Assembly (NCBI RefSeq): GCF_006345805.1
Contig: NC_043022.1
Coordinates: 1,550,001-1,614,000, forward strand
DNA from: Octopus sinensis
Lineage: Eukaryota
DNA: 64,000 bases
Reading direction: 5' to 3'
This document shows positions 62,538 through 64,000 of the stretch, in pieces. The position numbers were made by a program, and so were the translations under genes. The notes below the pieces were generated by a model. The model saw only the letters and a program-made list of their open reading frames with translations. It searched no databases and was not told the origin of the DNA. Within the stretch, counting starts at the first letter, position 1, and each line of letters starts with the position of its first letter.

Positions 62538-63881
62538 ATTCCTATCTATCCTTCTATCTGTTTGTCTGTCTGTCCGTCTGTCCATGTTTATATATGCTTG
62601 TATGTATATATATGTGTATGTATTTAATCCACGTTTGCACGTACGTATACGAATGCACATTATTCTATGAATGCTGTGTGTATATGATGTGTGTGCATGT
62701 ATACTCTCTCTCTCTCTCTCTCTCTGCGTGTGCGTGCATTCGTTCGCTCCATTGATGACAGCAGGGACGGATTAAGGACCAGCTGATGGCCCCTCTAAGC
62801 ACACTCAAGCCACAACGAAAGGATTGAGGTACTCCCGCCACCACTCAACCTCGACTCCCCACTACCATTGTCTCACTGGCAGACACAATAATTGCTGAAT
62901 AGGAAATAATAAATTAAAAATAGGGGCTTTTGGGGTGGTTGGGGTGGGGGTAATTTTTCCCTCCCCCAGGCCATACCCCTCTCTTCTTAACTACACCGAA
63001 TATAACCTATTTTTATTTTCTTGTTGCGTTCAATTTCATTTATTTGACGCTAAATGGCAGCAAGTAATATAAACAAATTATTTATTTATATCTGGAGCAA
63101 CAATTGAGAAAGAAAGACCAAAAAAAAAAAAAATAGAAGAAAACAAGATTTTTAACATTATTTGTGGCGGCCCTGATTCAGCTGCGGGGTTCGGAGTAGG
63201 GTGATGGCGGGGGGGGGGGAATAAAAAATGAACAACAAAAAAAAGCATTTGGGGCGCGGGGTGGGGGGCAGTGATGTTCTCTTCCTTTAATGCTCAAATG
63301 TACTTACGTATTTAAATGATAATCTATCTGAGCATTCGACACACACACACACACACACACACACACTGTATATGTGTGTGTGTGTGTGTGTTTATATGTG
63401 GGCGCGTATATAGATGTAGAATTCTCATGTTTCTTAGTATCTATTCATATATATATATATGTATCACCGTGACCGACCAGGCTATCAGATGTTGTTACAC
63501 ATCGCTGGTCACAATGCGCTTCGCATTGTTTTAGCCTTTCAAATGACGCCACTCCGCTGGCTAAGCGAGCAGGCCCAACAGAAGAAAGAGCGAGAGAAAT
63601 TTGCGGCGAAAGAGTACAGCAGGGTTCGCCACCACCCGCTGCCGGAGCCTCGTGGGGCCTTAGGTGTTTTCGCTCAATAAGCACTCACAACGTCCGATCT
63701 GGGAATCGAAACCGCGATCCTTCGACCGCGATTCCGCTGCCCTAACCACTGGGCCATTGCATATATATATATATATATATATACACACACCATATCTATC
63801 TCTGTCGCTCCATCTGTCTAACTATACATACATACGTATGCTATACAACGTGAATATTTTAACATATTTTCACACACGCAC

Positions 63882-63930
<49 letters not shown>

Positions 63931-63953
63931 GAGAGAAAGAAAGAGAGAGAGAG

Positions 63954-63994
<41 letters not shown>

Positions 63995-64000
63995 ATTCAC

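Overview
Eukaryotic, AT-rich, microsatellite- and SINE-saturated DNA. The repeat families and density point to an octopod cephalopod (Octopus-like); this is an inference. The left half holds most of a minus-strand septin gene of the SEPT2 subgroup (SEPT4/5-like). Six coding exons were read by hand with GT-AG boundaries and matching phases: 28109-28016, 15044-14958, 8248-8125, 7312-7178, 5205-5088 or its identical twin 3345-3228, and 1420-1319. The gene continues past the left edge, and its first exon is uncertain (best candidate 29893-29873). A tRNA-Asn(GTT) gene lies just upstream on the same strand. Two kb-scale tandem duplications (about 1.86 kb including a septin exon, and about 1.67 kb) may be assembly or haplotype artefacts. 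The rest is SINEs, LINE tails, decayed MULE, Helitron and mariner transposase fragments, MITEs and simple repeats; almost all ORFs in the supplied track are repeat noise. The most interesting unexplained structure is a dispersed set of about 12 type I hammerhead-ribozyme motifs of the Penelope/retrozyme kind. They have self-complementary helix III, sit in AT-rich elements beside (TA)n tracts, and some form large palindromes or lie sense within septin introns. Also notable are a 240-bp inverted copy of a SINE tail plus its flank, ending at a Pol III terminator and abutting a LINE 3' end, and a 41-bp CpG-rich inverted repeat at the likely septin promoter.
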